Source: Octopus bimaculoides (taxonomy: Eukaryota). From it: a stretch of 64,000 nt of DNA. Of this stretch, positions 1 to 13,414 are shown piece by piece. The stretch covers positions 32,596,858-32,660,857 of the forward strand of contig NC_068984.1 in NCBI RefSeq assembly GCF_001194135.2, in the 5' to 3' direction. Positions within the stretch are counted from its first letter, which is position 1; the number at the start of each line of letters is the position of its first letter. The position numbers and the translations under genes were made by a program. Below the pieces are notes generated by a model. That model was not told the origin of the DNA, ran no database searches, and saw only the letters and a program-made list of their open reading frames with translations.

Positions 1-45
<45 letters not shown>

Positions 46-80
46 TACATACACACACACATACATACACACACATACAT
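1..80. repeat. (CA)n/(CATA)n microsatellite
   Basis: Direct reading of the tandem dinucleotide run. Confidence 0.95.
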
Positions 81-224
81 ATTGCTATTGATAATATCAA
101 TAATTAAAATTATTTATTAATTTGGCAGAAGGGCCTAACTCATGACAGAAAAGCAGGAAACATACAAAAACAGCTACAAAATATGTATACATGCACACGC
201 ACACGTGCATATAATCATCATCGT

Positions 225-780
225 GATCATCCCCTTCAGGGCACCAAATGAAGAAGTATCAGGTTGTAGCCTAGAGCTAAAAGACTAAGAATTGAAGAGA
301 GTGCAAGGACGGAACATTGAAATGGGTGGGTAGAAGTTTTAAGAGTGCATGGCGAGTGTGAGGAGTTGTTAAATATAAGGTAAGGGGTGGGTGCGAATGT
401 AGGGAGTTGTGAACAAGGGGGAATGGGTGGTTGATCATAAATATGAGTTGAAGGGCAGATAGGAGAGAGGAGGTGAGGAGTTGCAGTATAGAAAGAGCAG
501 CAGAGTAATGATATTGTAGATAGGGGAAGGATGAGAGAAAAGAGGATGATAGGTGAGTGGTTGGTGGAGTTTTAGATTGTAATAGAGTGTGTGTTGGGGG
601 AGAAATTTGTTGTAACTGAAGTGGAGGTGGTCTGAGTGGTTTAAGGGAGAGGGTGAGATAACTGGTAGTATAGAAAGAGTGATCAATAAAAAATGTAAGT
701 AGGGAGGAACATGTTATGAATAAAAGGTAGATGTCAAATGAAGTGGTTCAGGGTAGTGAGAGATATAACTAATATCTTGA
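225..780 (-). mobile_element. Purine-rich tract (pyrimidine-rich on minus), possibly a Penelope-like element 3' tail
   Basis: Strong strand asymmetry ending on minus in GCCCTGAAGGGGATG; composition resembles the tract at 52180-52960; no coding motif found. Confidence 0.25.
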
Positions 781-2049
781 CCAGAGATTTATTATGTTCT
801 GTTTTTTTTTATTAATTTTTTTTTGAGTAGGGAATACTCATTTTAATCAAATCTGATACTTGTCTAGTAATTATTGTTGTATTCGTTCTGAACAAGGTTA
901 CTAAATCATGCTGAAATTAATGGATTATATTGTACTACTTTTTAATTTGGGTTATTTGTTACATCAAAATTTTAAATTCTGAAAGAATTTTATTGAATAT
1001 CATTAAATTATCAATAAGAATTAACCTACTGACAATCCCTATTTTTAATTTACTTGCAAATTTTTTGTTTTAGGCTACTTTTAACAGTTTACTTTGCAAT
1101 AAGAATGTTATGTTACTCTTTATTTATGAAAATGCTGTAACTCTTTCCTGGAAGGAGGCAAAGCAATAATGACCACAGTGAAATTTGAACTTTGAAATTA
1201 ATGAGATATAGCAAAATACTACATGACAATATTTTCTAATATGATTTTTAAAAACTATTGCATCTCATATTGATGATAATTTCTACCACATGCACGAGTC
1301 TATTCATGAAAATGTGGACCAAGGGCACAAGTTAAAACATACAAGGGAAAGCAATATTGATTGAATAATTGGTATTTTATTTTAGGGATCCCAGTAGGTA
1401 AAATAGTAAAACTGGTTCCAGTGTAATTTGAACGTAAAATAAAGGGTCTTAAATCAAGACCATTTTAACAATAAACATTTTTCACCATAATTCTTTTTCT
1501 TCATATCTAGTATGGCCATTATCCTGATAGTAGCAAGTCCCATCTTCTTTTCTATTTATTAAAACTTTGGCTTGCTAAGCTTACTCCAAAACTTCTTGAT
1601 TCTATGCTAAGAAATTCTTCTCCAAATCATACTGTATGATAATTCTAAACTTCTTTGTTGGACTTAGAGAACCATAATAAATAACCTTTTTTTACATTAA
1701 ATTTCTTACTGATCTCATTATCAAATTTCACTTTGTTGACTTTATTTCTATTTATAACTTGCATTACTATCTCAAGCCATTCATCTCCAAATAGTTTTAT
1801 TAGGGGACACCAGACTACTGATTATGGTTTCTGGCAAAGGTTTTTTCAGATCAACAAATGCTAGATAGAAAGGTTCAAGCAAAACTAATATCTTTTCTTG
1901 CAGGTCTCTCACTAGGAAGGTAGCATCAGGAGTACTATAACCTGACTAATATTTGAACTGTATCTAATTTAAGCTGATTTTCTTCCTAATCAATGCGGCT
2001 CATACTCTTTTTATTTCTTTCAAGAGAGGGAAGCATTTGATTATATATA

Positions 2050-2320
2050 CTTCCATATTTAATTGGTACTCTATCTTATCAACTCCAGAAGCATGGAAGA
2101 TGAGGTTGACCTTGGCTGGATTTGAATTAAGACTGTAAAAAGCAAGCAAATAATTGTAATAATTATTTAAATTATATTTTCAAAGTAGGCCAGGAAAGGA
2201 ATATTTGATAAAATCAACTTCAGTATTTGACTACTTCTTAGTTCTCTCAACTCTAGAAGAATAAAAGATTAAGTCAACCATAGTGAAATTTGAACTCAGA
2301 ATATGAGGGGTGGGGTAACT
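2050..2320 (-). mobile_element. Two degenerate copies of the tRNA-derived SINE family seen at 48486 (family C)
   Basis: ggtactc..tatcaactccaga..gttgacctt..gatttgaa and aaatttgaactcagaatatg match the 48486-48710 copy. Confidence 0.5.
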
Positions 2321-4836
2321 AAATACGGCAAAGCCTTTTGTCTACTACTGTACTATTTTTCCTATTCTTCATTCTACAATAATTACTATATCACAAATAT
2401 GCAAACCAATAAAAGAAAAAGAGAATTCTGAGCCCTTATTATATATTCTCTGCTGTTTTACGTAGTTATAGTTGTTTCGTTTTTCTACATTTTAGATTAT
2501 TTTCAAATTCTTTTAACTCCAGTGTTTTTATTTAATTACATTTAATTTTCCTCTTTTATTTTATATTTATTCATTTATTTTCCTTTTTGTGTGTAATTCC
2601 AAGTTTAATTTAATAAATATCACTGGAATAATGTCTCATCTGCTTATTGGTTGTTTTTCAACTGACAAAACAGCACCAAACACCAATCAATCAACATTAA
2701 GGGTAGAGGTATATCTTCAAGAGATGTTACTTTTGTCATAATCCATGAAAAAAAAAAAAATAAATAAATAAATAAAAGCATTTCAATTAATTTCAGAAAA
2801 CTTGATTAAGATTTAATTTTTATATTTATAATATGAGAGATTATTTAAATTTGTACATATGTGATCACTCACTTTTCTGTGAAGGACACATACACACTCA
2901 CACTTTTCATCAGTCTATAATTGTATGAGATCTCATATTTACATGCATACATCCAAACATATGCATACGATCAGTGTATCCATGTGTGTCTTGGGAAGGT
3001 AGAAAGGTGTTGGGACCTGACAGTGAAATATATATGAGGCTTAATTTTACAACAACGCTAAAAACATATAAATATAACACCATGTATTTATCTGTGTATA
3101 TATTCATAAGTTTGCATTGAAATTTTTAATTGCTGTTGCTTTGAGAAAATTTGAAAAAGTACATATAGGTGCCATTTGACATGATAAAGATGATAAACTG
3201 ACAGGATCATTACAGTGGTGGAGAAAATTTGTAGCATTATTTGTACTGGCTCTTTATGTTCTAAGTTCTAAATGCATTGTTGTCAAATTTGCTTTGTATT
3301 CTTGTAGTGATGGTAAGATAAAGTTTCAGACCAGAGTAATTATCTTGTAGACATGTTAAGAGTGTTGGAATAAATTCATTGTAAAATTTTCTGGTTCTTT
3401 ACATTCTGGGTTCAAATTTAATTCTACATTTTCATGTGGCAATACTTGAGTAAAAAGTAGTCATGCTGTATTGATATTAGTTGTAAACATACATCATGTA
3501 GCTCTCTACCTTTGAAGACCTGTAGAATAAAAATCTCTTACTCATAAAACAGATATGGTTTGGTAATAGGAAGGGTACCCAGCTGTAAAATACTGATTCA
3601 AATTTATCTTTGTCCAACTCATACCAGCAAAGAAAAATTGATATAAAACAAACACATGAAGAAACGACATTACAGGTTACCTGTCATCCTCCTTTCTTCC
3701 TTTCTTGAATTAGCCCCTGTAATTTGTCTCTGCTATTTAGATGTGAGATTTTGTCTTCATGAGATAATTTGCCAGTTACTTAGCATGAAATGGACACAAT
3801 ATTTTCTTAATATTTCGCATATCATTATATCCTACCTTAGCTTGAAGCCCGTGACAAGAAAATTACAAGACTTTTCTTCCAGGCCAACACTGCCATAATG
3901 GTATTTGCTTTGGTTCCTTATGTTTCAGATGCTCGTGTAAGTGTCACAAGCCAGTCTGTATTTAACTGACAAGAATGTGTTTAGACTAAGACACCAGAAG
4001 GAAAGCAATAAGAAAGCACTTTTGTAGTTTCCCACCAGTAAAAAAAAAAGAAAAGGATAAATAACTCACTCCTTGGAAAGGAAGGATTTAGCACTTGTCA
4101 AAGACGTCAGCCAGACTGTTCATCAATCTGATAGCACAAAGAAGGAAGGAAGACACACAATAAACACAATAATTTGGAAAGTTTCCTTAAATAAATTCGT
4201 TATTTCAATGTTATCTCTTAATTCAGTTATATACTCCTCCAAATTAATTGGATATGTCATTAAGAATTTTGATTCACAACCAAGACGATCATAAAATAAA
4301 GGAGTGTGTATTTGGGAACAACACATAGGTCAACAGATTTTCATCTATTCAGAATAGATATATTTTATATCTCATGAATTATTAAAGAAATAAATGGTGA
4401 CTAAGTACGAGAGCTATTGAAGTTTAAGCTATGAAAGTAACTTGATGTTTATTACAAAACTTACCTAACACATGAATTGTATTTCAATATTCTATATAAA
4501 CCACAGGTGAGTCACTTTAAAAAAATAATATAAATTCCTGTCTTTTTTTAATAAGAGGAGAGGAGGTTTGCGAAAGATTGGTGTGATTTCTGATTTAGAA
4601 CATCAAGAGTTGAAAATAGTCATTGGAACAGAAAACCTGGGAAGTGAAAAATTTGGTAACATGGAACTTGGATCTCCTCTGAAATAAGTCCAAGTTCTCT
4701 TTTGAAATAAATCCAAAATATGTCAGATTTATGTATCTATCAAGGTATTTTAGCCATAAAATTTTTTTTTTATTCAGGAGAAATTTACATTTTGTTGCTG
4801 TCATTGCTGCTGATGATGTTGTTATTGTTGTTGCTG

Positions 4837-4900
4837 ATCAACACCCAAAGATCAACACCAGATCAACACCCAAGGATCAACATAGACCCAGATCAACATT
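4837..4900. repeat. Short irregular minisatellite, GATCAACA core x5
   Basis: gatcaacacccaaa gatcaacacca gatcaacacccaag gatcaacatagaccca gatcaaca. Confidence 0.85.
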
Positions 4901-5239
4901 TGGAGGCCTTCCAACCATTATCACCATATCTGTTTGGGACTATGTACATCATCTAATGTGTCTTCTCTTATAAAAGATAGTTGAGTGTAATTTGAAAGAA
5001 ATTTGACTACTATTTCTAGCAAGGCCAGTGAGCACCTAGCAGCTTGCTTGTTGGCTAGTTTGTTTCAGTGGTGTTGACGGTTTATTGACTTGAGATATCA
5101 AGATCAAAATCTGATAATACAGCGTCTAGGTAAGAAAAAAGAACAACTAAAAAGACAGGCATATCATCTGTTTAAGTTGCTCCTTATTTCACAAGAATGC
5201 CAAATACACATGCACACACATTTACATGCACACACACAA

Positions 5240-5272
<33 letters not shown>

Positions 5273-5984
5273 CACACACACACACACATGCATACATGTG
5301 CACAAAATCACACACACACACACACTTTTACTCGCAGACAAATTTATGTTTTGCATACAACCTAACTTAGAACATCTTTCTTTTCACTTACTGAAAAGTT
5401 AAATTTATAAACAGCTCTGAAATTACTAATGCTGTCCCCACACACTGCATAATGTGCCAGTTTTGAAAGGTAGATTGGGTAATGTCATCCAAGGAATACT
5501 ATATTTGAAAGAAGATTTGTGATGGTCACAAATAGAACACTTTTAATCAAAGCTTTTGCTTTGTCAGTGTATCCTGGAGCTATGACAAAAGTGAATAAAC
5601 TGTTAAACAAATAAGACACAAAAACAATAATGCACAAAAATAGCTTGCCTTAAACATACATTTTATTTCTAACCTAATGGGGATAGGAAGAATTTGAAGC
5701 TACAATGTAAATGCTTTATTTATAAAAAGTTTGCAAAATGAAATAAATTCTTTCTGCAAAATGGTTCTCCCGAAACACTAGACTTCTCTTCCTCACAGCA
5801 AAATAATTCATTCCAATCTATGAAATTCTTGTATTTCTTTTTTGCTGGCACAAACAATAGCTAACTTCTTTGGATTTTATTGTTTCACTTTGATACTTAC
5901 AAAGATTACATTAAAAAAATTAAAGGTGTTCTAGTACAACAATAAAGTTGCCATTTTCTGGATGTATGTACAGTTGATTAGATG

Positions 5985-6125
5985 AGAAGTTCACTTTAGA
6001 AACATGAGATCCTGGGTTCGATCCTACTTCAAAGCATCTTAGACAAGGGCCCTTCTACTATAGACTCAAATCCACCCAAGCCTTGTGAGTAACATTGGGT
6101 AACTATATAGAAGCAACTGAATACT
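5985..6125 (+). mobile_element. Degenerate 5' half of SINE family B
   Basis: B-box-like GGGTTCGATCC followed by cttctactatag..caagccttgtgagt, as in 33091-33505. Confidence 0.5.
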
Positions 6126-6401
6126 CATAGTAAAAATCAATATATAACCCAGTACCAGAATTGCTAATGAAACAACTGCTACATGATAACATAACAGCTC
6201 CACAAATCTCATCATAAATATTGTGATCATTTTTCTTATCATGTCCAATATCAAAAAATCAGACTTGTTTTGTTACATAATAACAAAAAATGTATATAGA
6301 CACTCAACCTAAGACATTTCTGTTAAATCTCCCCAAGATTACACTATACCGATTAAGCAAAACAAAAAAAAAGGAAGGATGCATTCAATAATGAAGTCTG
6401 T

Positions 6402-6790
6402 TGTTGTTGTTGGTACTCCGTCACTTACAACATTGAGGGTTCCAGTTGATCCAATCAACGGAACAGCCTGCTCATGAAATTAATGTGCAAGTGGCTGAGC
6501 ACTCCACAGACACGTGTACCCTTAACATAGTTCTCGGGGATATTCAGCATGACACAGTGTGACAAGGCTGACCCTTTGAATTACAGGCACAACAGAAACA
6601 GGAAGTAAGAGTGAGAGAAAGTTGAGGTGAAAGAGTACAGCAGGGTTCGCCACCATCCCCTGCCAGAGCCTCATGGAGCATTAGATGTTTTCACTCAATA
6701 AACACTCACAACGCCCGGTCTGGGAATCGAAACCGCGATCCTATGACCGCGAGTCTGCTGCCCTAACCACTGGGCCATTGCACCTCCACC
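6402..6790 (-). mobile_element. Full-length tRNA-derived SINE (family A) with 12-bp TSD
   Basis: Minus strand has A box TGGCCCAGTGG, B box GGTTTCGATTCC and (CAA)n tail; TSD AATGAAGTCTGT at 6390-6401 and 6791-6802; closely similar copy at 26567-26946. Confidence 0.9.
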
Positions 6791-7599
6791 AATGAAGTCT
6801 GTAAGGCAGCCTGTAAAAGAAGGTGGGGTTTCCATGGTTGGAATCTCTTTGATCATAAGTCAGCTTGTTCAGAGACACCTTGATGTTAGACAACAGCGAC
6901 AATAACAAAAATATCTATTCAGCTAACAAAAGAACACCAAAACAACGCTAAGGGGACTTCTATGTAATCAGTTGACCAGTTAAAAATAACAACTAAGTTT
7001 TCATTAAATCATATCCTGTCATCTTACAAAAAGAAGGACACAGTGGATAATTTTGTCCTGGATCCACTGTGTTTGAGACAAAACAAAATACGATGATCAT
7101 AAATGGATTGTAATTTTTTATAGGTTTGCTTGAATGAGGGCTAGCAAGGAGTGGAGGAGCTGAGTGAGGGTTCAACAACTAAAGAGTAATGGGTAAAGAC
7201 CCCCTTTGGTCATGAATAACCCTGGGATTGTACCTAGAATGTTCCCCTCTGAGGCACAGGTCCAGGTAAGGTTATTTGTTTCCCATGCATACCAGCCTCC
7301 CCTCTCCATGCCACCATTGTTGTCCAAGGGAAAAGCAAATACCAGTTCAGTTTGGCACCACAGCAACTAATACCACATTTATCATTACTACTCTGCATTA
7401 CAGCCACCACATCATTTATTAATACTATCATTGTTATCTGGCAGTTCTTCCCCCATTTACCCTTCAGCATTTTGCTCTTCATTACCTGTGGACCTCGTAA
7501 CTTTGGATATCATCATAATCATCCATGCCATTCTACTTTGTTTTGTTATTTTTAATCTCACTTTGTTTCATATTTATCTCACAATCATATTTCAATGTA

Positions 7600-8460
7600 T
7601 CACTGCTGCTACTGTTACTACTATTACTTACTTCACTAATACCAAATGACACTACAGCTAATGCCAACAATGCCACCATTTATATGAACATCATCACTAA
7701 TACCACTATTACCATCACTAGCACCAGTATCACCACCAAAAGAACCATGAGATCTATCAAATCCACCAAAACCAGTACTAAACCAACAAATCCACCAAGA
7801 CCACCACAATCACCACCACTGCTGCTACCATCACCACCACCGTCACCACCAACATCATTGAAATTTGCGACAGCAACAATGAGAGCTTTCCAGCTGTTCA
7901 CCATCACAACCCTAAGGAAAGACAACAGCTACCAGCAGCAACAATTATCCACCTGTCCACCACCACCACCACCACCACCACCNNNNNNNNNNNNNNNNNN
8001 NNNNNNNNNNNNNNNNNNNNNNNNNNNNNNNNNNNNNNNNNNNNNNNNNNNNNNNNNNNNNNNNNNNNNNNNNNNNNNNNNNNNNNNNNNNNNNNNNNNN
8101 NNNNNNNNNNNNNNNNNNNNNNNNNNNNNNNNNNNNNNNNNNNNNNNNNNNNNNNNNNNNNNNNNNNNNNNNNNNNNNNNNNNNNNNNNNNNNNNNNNNN
8201 NNNNNNNNNNNNNNNNNNNNNNNNNNNNNNNNNNNNNNNNNNNNNNNNNNNNNNNNNNNNNNNNNNNNNNNNNNNNNNNNNNNNNNNNNNNNNNNNNNNN
8301 NNNNNNNNNNNNNNNNNNNNCGCCACCCCTACCACCACCACTATGGTATCAACTACCACAAGCACTACCACATCAACTCCACCACTAACACCACCAACGA
8401 CATATACAATAACAACAAATTAATAAGTAGATCTACTTGTCTTCTATTTACCATATTTGA
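7600..8460. repeat. Degenerate (CAC/ACC/CAA)n low-complexity tract spanning gap 7983-8320
   Basis: Trinucleotide periodicity; explains the Thr/Pro-rich pseudo-ORFs. Confidence 0.85.
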
Positions 8461-9953
8461 GTTTCCAATGGCATCACCAGCAGAAGAAACAACAACAATA
8501 ACAGTAAACAATAGCAGAATAATAGTATTAATAGCATTATCACTATCATCCTCAACATTATCAGCAGCTGTAACAAAAGGGGTGAAATATCCCTTCCCAC
8601 ACCACCCAATCATTATTAAATGTTCTTTGAAATGTACTGAAAACCTGATTCCATTCTGTCTGCTGCAAGAAATGAGAAATAAACATTGAATACAAGTTTA
8701 CTTAGATGTCATAATAGTCACCTATTGTTGGCTGATTCTGTGGCATAATTATCTTCATCATTATGAAATAACATTGGCTGCACACAGCAAGCAAGTTACC
8801 TTAGTGGAAGCAACGAAACAAAGCCTTTCTATTGCTCAGTTCCTGACGACGTCCAGATAATCTTCAGAAAGGTCAACATCTTCACAATCAGCTCTGTTCA
8901 GAATAAACCTCATACGCTTCTCTGAATGAATAAATGATTGGAAAAGATCTTTAATTAATTTCTTCAAAATTATATATATATATATATATATNNNNNNNNN
9001 NNNNNNNNNNNNNNNNNNNNNNNNNNNNNNNNNNNNNNNNNNNNNNNNNNNNNNNNNNNNNNNNNNNNNNNNNNNNNNNNNNNNNNNNNNNNNNNNNNNN
9101 NNNNNNNNNNNNNNNNNNNNNNNNNNNNNNNNNNNNNNNNNNNNNNNNNNNNNNNNNNNNNNNNNNNNNNNNNNNNNNNNNNNNNNNNNNNNNNNNNNNN
9201 NNNNNNNNNNNNNNNNNNNNNNNNNNNNNNNNNNNNNNNNNNNNNNNNNNNNNNNNNNNNNNNNNNNNNNNNNNNNNNNNNNNNNNNNNNNNNNNNNNNN
9301 NNNNNNNNNNNNNNNNNNNNNNNNNNNNNNNNNNNNNNNNNNNNNNNNNNNNNNNNNNNNNNNNNNNNNNNNNNNNNNNNNNNNNNNNNNNNNNNNNNNN
9401 NNNNNNNNNNNNNNNNNNNNNNNNNNNNNNNNNNNNNNNNNNNNNNNNNNNNNNNNNNNNNNNNNNNNNNNNNNNNNNNNNNNNNNNNNNNNNNNNNNNN
9501 NNNNNNNNNNNNNNNNNNNNNNNNNNNNNNNNNNNNNNNNNNNNNNNNNNNNNNNNNNNNNNNNNNNNNNNNNNNNNNNNNNNNNNNNNNNNNNNNNNNN
9601 NNNNNNNNNNNNNNNNNNNNNNNNNNNNNNNNNNNNNNNNNNNNNNNNNNNNNNNNNNNNNNNNNNNNNNNNNNNNNNNNNNNNNNNNNNNNNNNNNNNN
9701 NNNNNNNNNNNNNNNNNNNNNNNNNNNNNNNNNNNNNNNNNNNNNNNNNNNNNNNNNNNNNNNNNNNNNNNNNNNNNNNNNNNNNNNNNNNNNNNNNNNN
9801 NNNNNNNNNNNNNNCAAATTCACATCAATATAAACACATGCATATACACACAACTACCCTCATTCTCTCTCTCTCTCTCTCTCTTTAGTTTTTCATAAAT
9901 GTGTGAATATATAAATATATATGTGTGTGTGTTTGTGTGTGTATGTATGTATG

Positions 9954-9986
<33 letters not shown>

Positions 9987-10018
9987 ATACATGAATACAT
10001 GAAGGCATCGACAGACAG

Positions 10019-10050
<32 letters not shown>

Positions 10051-10060
10051 TGAGAGATAG

Positions 10061-10129
<69 letters not shown>

Positions 10130-10814
10130 CAGACATAATATTTTCCTCTCTGGTAGTTATTTTCAATGAAAAATAGATATACTCAAACAAATACATAAGT
10201 GCACGCACGCATGCACACACATGCACACACACACACACACACACAGAAACACAGACAGAAACACAGACAGACACACATACATACATGCCATTGTATACAT
10301 ACATGATGTCAGTTTCTCATGAGCAAATGCATGAATGCTTGAGAAGCTTATCGCATCAGCTGAGATGAACTGATATTGATGAAGTCTATAGAAGATGACA
10401 CTGGTTGTGGTTTGCAATTATATCGCAGCCATATGTGGGCCTTTCAATTCATGACAAACCATTCAGTGGATATTTTAACGTCTTGTCCTGTCATACAAAT
10501 CTCCCTTTACGGTGTTATTACTATAAACTCTCAATGAAATGATTATATCACACCATATTGTGTTTGTACTGTCCCCAACATCTTGGGTCCTTGTGGCCAA
10601 TAAAATAAATCATTGTTATTGTATCAAACGATGTAGACTGGTAAACAAAATACCTTGCATTATCGAATCTATTTCTTTAGTCATAAGTTCAAATTTCAGC
10701 ATTAATTCCATTTTGCTAGTATTGTTAAAATATGTGCTAGTCAAAGTATTGATATAATTTATTGTTCCCTTCAGCAAACATTTCTGAACTGGTGCTGGAG
10801 TTAAAAGCTACAAT

Positions 10815-11475
10815 TATTATTATTATTATCATTATTATTGAGTGAGAGAGCAGTACATGCCATCAAAGTGACACTGGGGTAAAATATACGAAGCCCCAAT
10901 ATACCCATCATGACTGCCCGTCTGATAAGGGTACACCAGGCACATGCATCACAATCATATGTGCATGACATGGTGCTCTCATATCAAGATAAACATTGCA
11001 TGACCTCGCAGGTGGGGCCCAGTTAAAATTTTCTTCAGGTTGAGTAGCCCATCATGCTCAAAAGGTCCCTGAATAAGGTTTGTTTAAGGATGTTGAGCAA
11101 AACACCGATGTTTCCAAAGGTGAATTATTCAAACCCAAAGAATTCCTCTCAACACATGGCAATGATGCTCCCCCACTACTTCTGCTCGTGATCAGAGATG
11201 CACACATCATAAGCCACCAAGGGACATGCTCAACTGGTTAAGGTCAAACTACTGACAATCAAATCTGTGGTATTGAGCAGAATATTTGCTGTAGCCCATC
11301 TTTTATACCCAGACAAAACAATGTACATGATAACACTTCCATTACGGGCCTCCATACAGTTTCCATCTAACAATTTCACTTACAAGGAATCGGTCAGCCT
11401 GAGACAACAGTAGACACCACTTACCACAGGCACTACATAATGGTTTAGATCCCAGAACCATTTGGTTATGAAGAA
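10815..11475 (-). mobile_element. Composite retroposon: family-B-type head (about 11340-11475) plus about 500-bp body and (AAT)n tail
   Basis: cagtttccatcta.caatttcact.acaagg at 11358-11390 is the reverse complement of the family B motif; (ATT)n at 10815-10840 is the tail on minus. Confidence 0.55.
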
Positions 11476-11518
11476 AACTTAATTGCTATACAAATATGCC
11501 TGTGCTTCACATTCACAT

Positions 11519-11569
<51 letters not shown>

Positions 11570-12421
11570 TACATTCACATCTATGCAGAAGTATATATGT
11601 ATGTGTATATACAAATACACACATACACATAGACACAGAAATCTACACATACATACACACATACACATGCTCACACACATGCAAACACACAAAACACTAT
11701 TCCAAAGAATACACATGATGATATCAAGTAAATGGACAGTGAACACTTTGGATCAATATTCTATAAAGTAACCCCTTTCCTTATTATTGCTATTGTAGCT
11801 ATCAAATTTCCTATCAATGTCTCTGAATGTTATTGTCAAACTGTTTTCAAAATTACAAATGATTTTTATTAAGCAATTTGAAGATCTTGCATGAGGGATT
11901 GAAATTCCTACCTTTCATGTATATTATAAAGTTTGGTATTGAAGAAAAATCTGCATCTTATTTGTTATTCATTATATCTAGAAAGCTATATTGTTTCAAT
12001 ATTGACGTGCACAATATAGTTCTTCAAATATGCTCCAAGATTTGTTTGCATTCATTTGTCACTACCAAGCATTATTGAATGTAGATCCATACCAGGAAGC
12101 TATTTAACTAAAGAGTTATTTTTCCAGCAGAAATTCAGACTCAGAACATAAAGACTGACAAAATTACACTAAGCACTTTGCCCAGCATGCTAACAGATCT
12201 GCCAGCTCGCTGCCTTAATAACAACAAAACAACAACAGCAACAACAATAATAGAAGAAACAATTATTTATGATTTAGGCACAAGGTTGAGAATTCTGAGT
12301 AGATACTGTCAAACCCATTATTTGAAATATACCTTATTTTATCAGTTCTATATTTAAGAGATGAGGAATTATGTACATTGTTTACATTTGACGGATATTT
12401 GTCTTCATCTTGTTTGTTGTT

Positions 12422-12467
12422 AACACAACGTTTCAGCTGATATACCCTCCAGCCTTTATCAGGTGTC
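12422..12467 (-). ncRNA. Degenerate minimal type I hammerhead ribozyme motif
   Basis: Minus reads GACAC-CTGATAA-A-GGCTG-gagggtatat-CAGCT-GAAA-CGT-T-GTGTT: stem I GACAC/GTGTT, palindromic ACGT stem III, G8 mutated to A. Confidence 0.55.
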
Positions 12468-12613
12468 TAGGGGAAATTTCCAACTTTGGGTTCTCATTCC
12501 TAAGGTATTTTCCAATATTGTTATCATTATTATTATAGTTGTTGTTGTTATTGTTGTTGTTGTTGTTGTTATTCAGGTCACTGCTTGGAATTGAACTCGG
12601 AATCTTAGGGTTA

Positions 12614-12673
<60 letters not shown>

Positions 12674-12721
12674 TCGAAAAATACCTTAGGAATCAGAACC
12701 CAGATTCGAAATTTCCCCCAA

Positions 12722-12767
12722 GACACTTGAAGAAGGCTGGAGGGTATATCAGCCGAAATGTTGTGTT
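12722..12767 (+). ncRNA. Degenerate minimal type I hammerhead ribozyme motif
   Basis: GACAC-TTGAAGA-A-GGCTG-gagggtatat-CAGCC-GAAA-TGT-T-GTGTT: C3 changed to U and ACGT to ATGT; stem II GGCTG/CAGCC is perfect. Confidence 0.55.
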
Positions 12768-13174
12768 AACAACAAACAAGATGAGGACAAATATCCGTCG
12801 AATGTGAATAATGTAAATAATGTACTTATTTTATCAACCCCGAGGAATGAAAGGTGAAGTTAACTGAAATAGGATCTGAACTCAGAACATGAAGTGTTAG
12901 AACAAATACCTCAAAGAATCTTTTCCAATACTCTACAAAATTCATCAGGTCACTTGTCGTAGCCTTTCATCCCACTGAGATTAATAAAACAAAATACTAG
13001 TCAATAACTAGGATTAATTTAATTGCTTAATCTCCTTCCTTTGAAATTGCACAAAGCTACAAAACTGATGAAAGTGGTTAGTTTATTACATTCAAACCAG
13101 TATTTTGTTAAGAGCCAGAACAACTAACACAAGGCATTTTGTTTGATGCTCAAATAAATGGCACAACAATGAAA

Positions 13175-13379
13175 TGCACCCAGTACACTCTTTAAAATGT
13201 TTGAAGGTAGGAAGAGCATCGAGCCATAGAAACCAAACAAAAACAGAAATACAAGAGCAAGATGTTGTCTTCTGACTCACCAAAGGAGAACAATAACTTC
13301 AAATGATGGACTCAAACCATGGCAATCCATCCAACAGGTGCTAATCTGGAAAGCAGGTATTACAAAAATGTTGCTGTTC

Positions 13380-13412
<33 letters not shown>
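13175..13412 (+). mobile_element. Dispersed retroposon 3' segment with (GAT)n tail (RTE-LINE-like tail)
   Basis: gcacccagtacactc..gtaggaagagcatc.agcc.tagaaac then (GAT)n; related copies at 21060-21250 (-), 22940-23150 (+) and about 3555-3650 (+). RTE assignment is inference from the short-repeat tail. Confidence 0.55.

Positions 13413-13414
<2 letters not shown>

Larger units (their letters stand above)
12345..12824 (-). mobile_element. TSD-bounded cassette: 5'-truncated tRNA-like head plus Penelope-type tail, with an inverted second copy of the tail
   Basis: 12-bp TSD CTTATTTTATCA at 12333-12344 and 12825-12836, interrupting a family C SINE; arms about 12371-12520 and 12671-12824 are reverse complements; B box GAGTTCAATTCC on minus at 12587-12598. 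Confidence 0.8.

Noticed and set aside
6700-6790. tRNA-like sequence (also at 26567-26645, 33091-33160 and 48620-48710)
   Set aside because: A/B boxes belong to SINE heads; no acceptor stem or complete cloverleaf
7525-8388. 287-aa Thr/Pro-rich, extensin/mucin-like ORF
   Set aside because: Degenerate (CAC/ACC)n repeat plus N gap; no splice or domain support
10300-10375. C/D-box snoRNA-like TGATGT...CTGA
   Set aside because: Imperfect C box, no convincing terminal stem or identifiable guide
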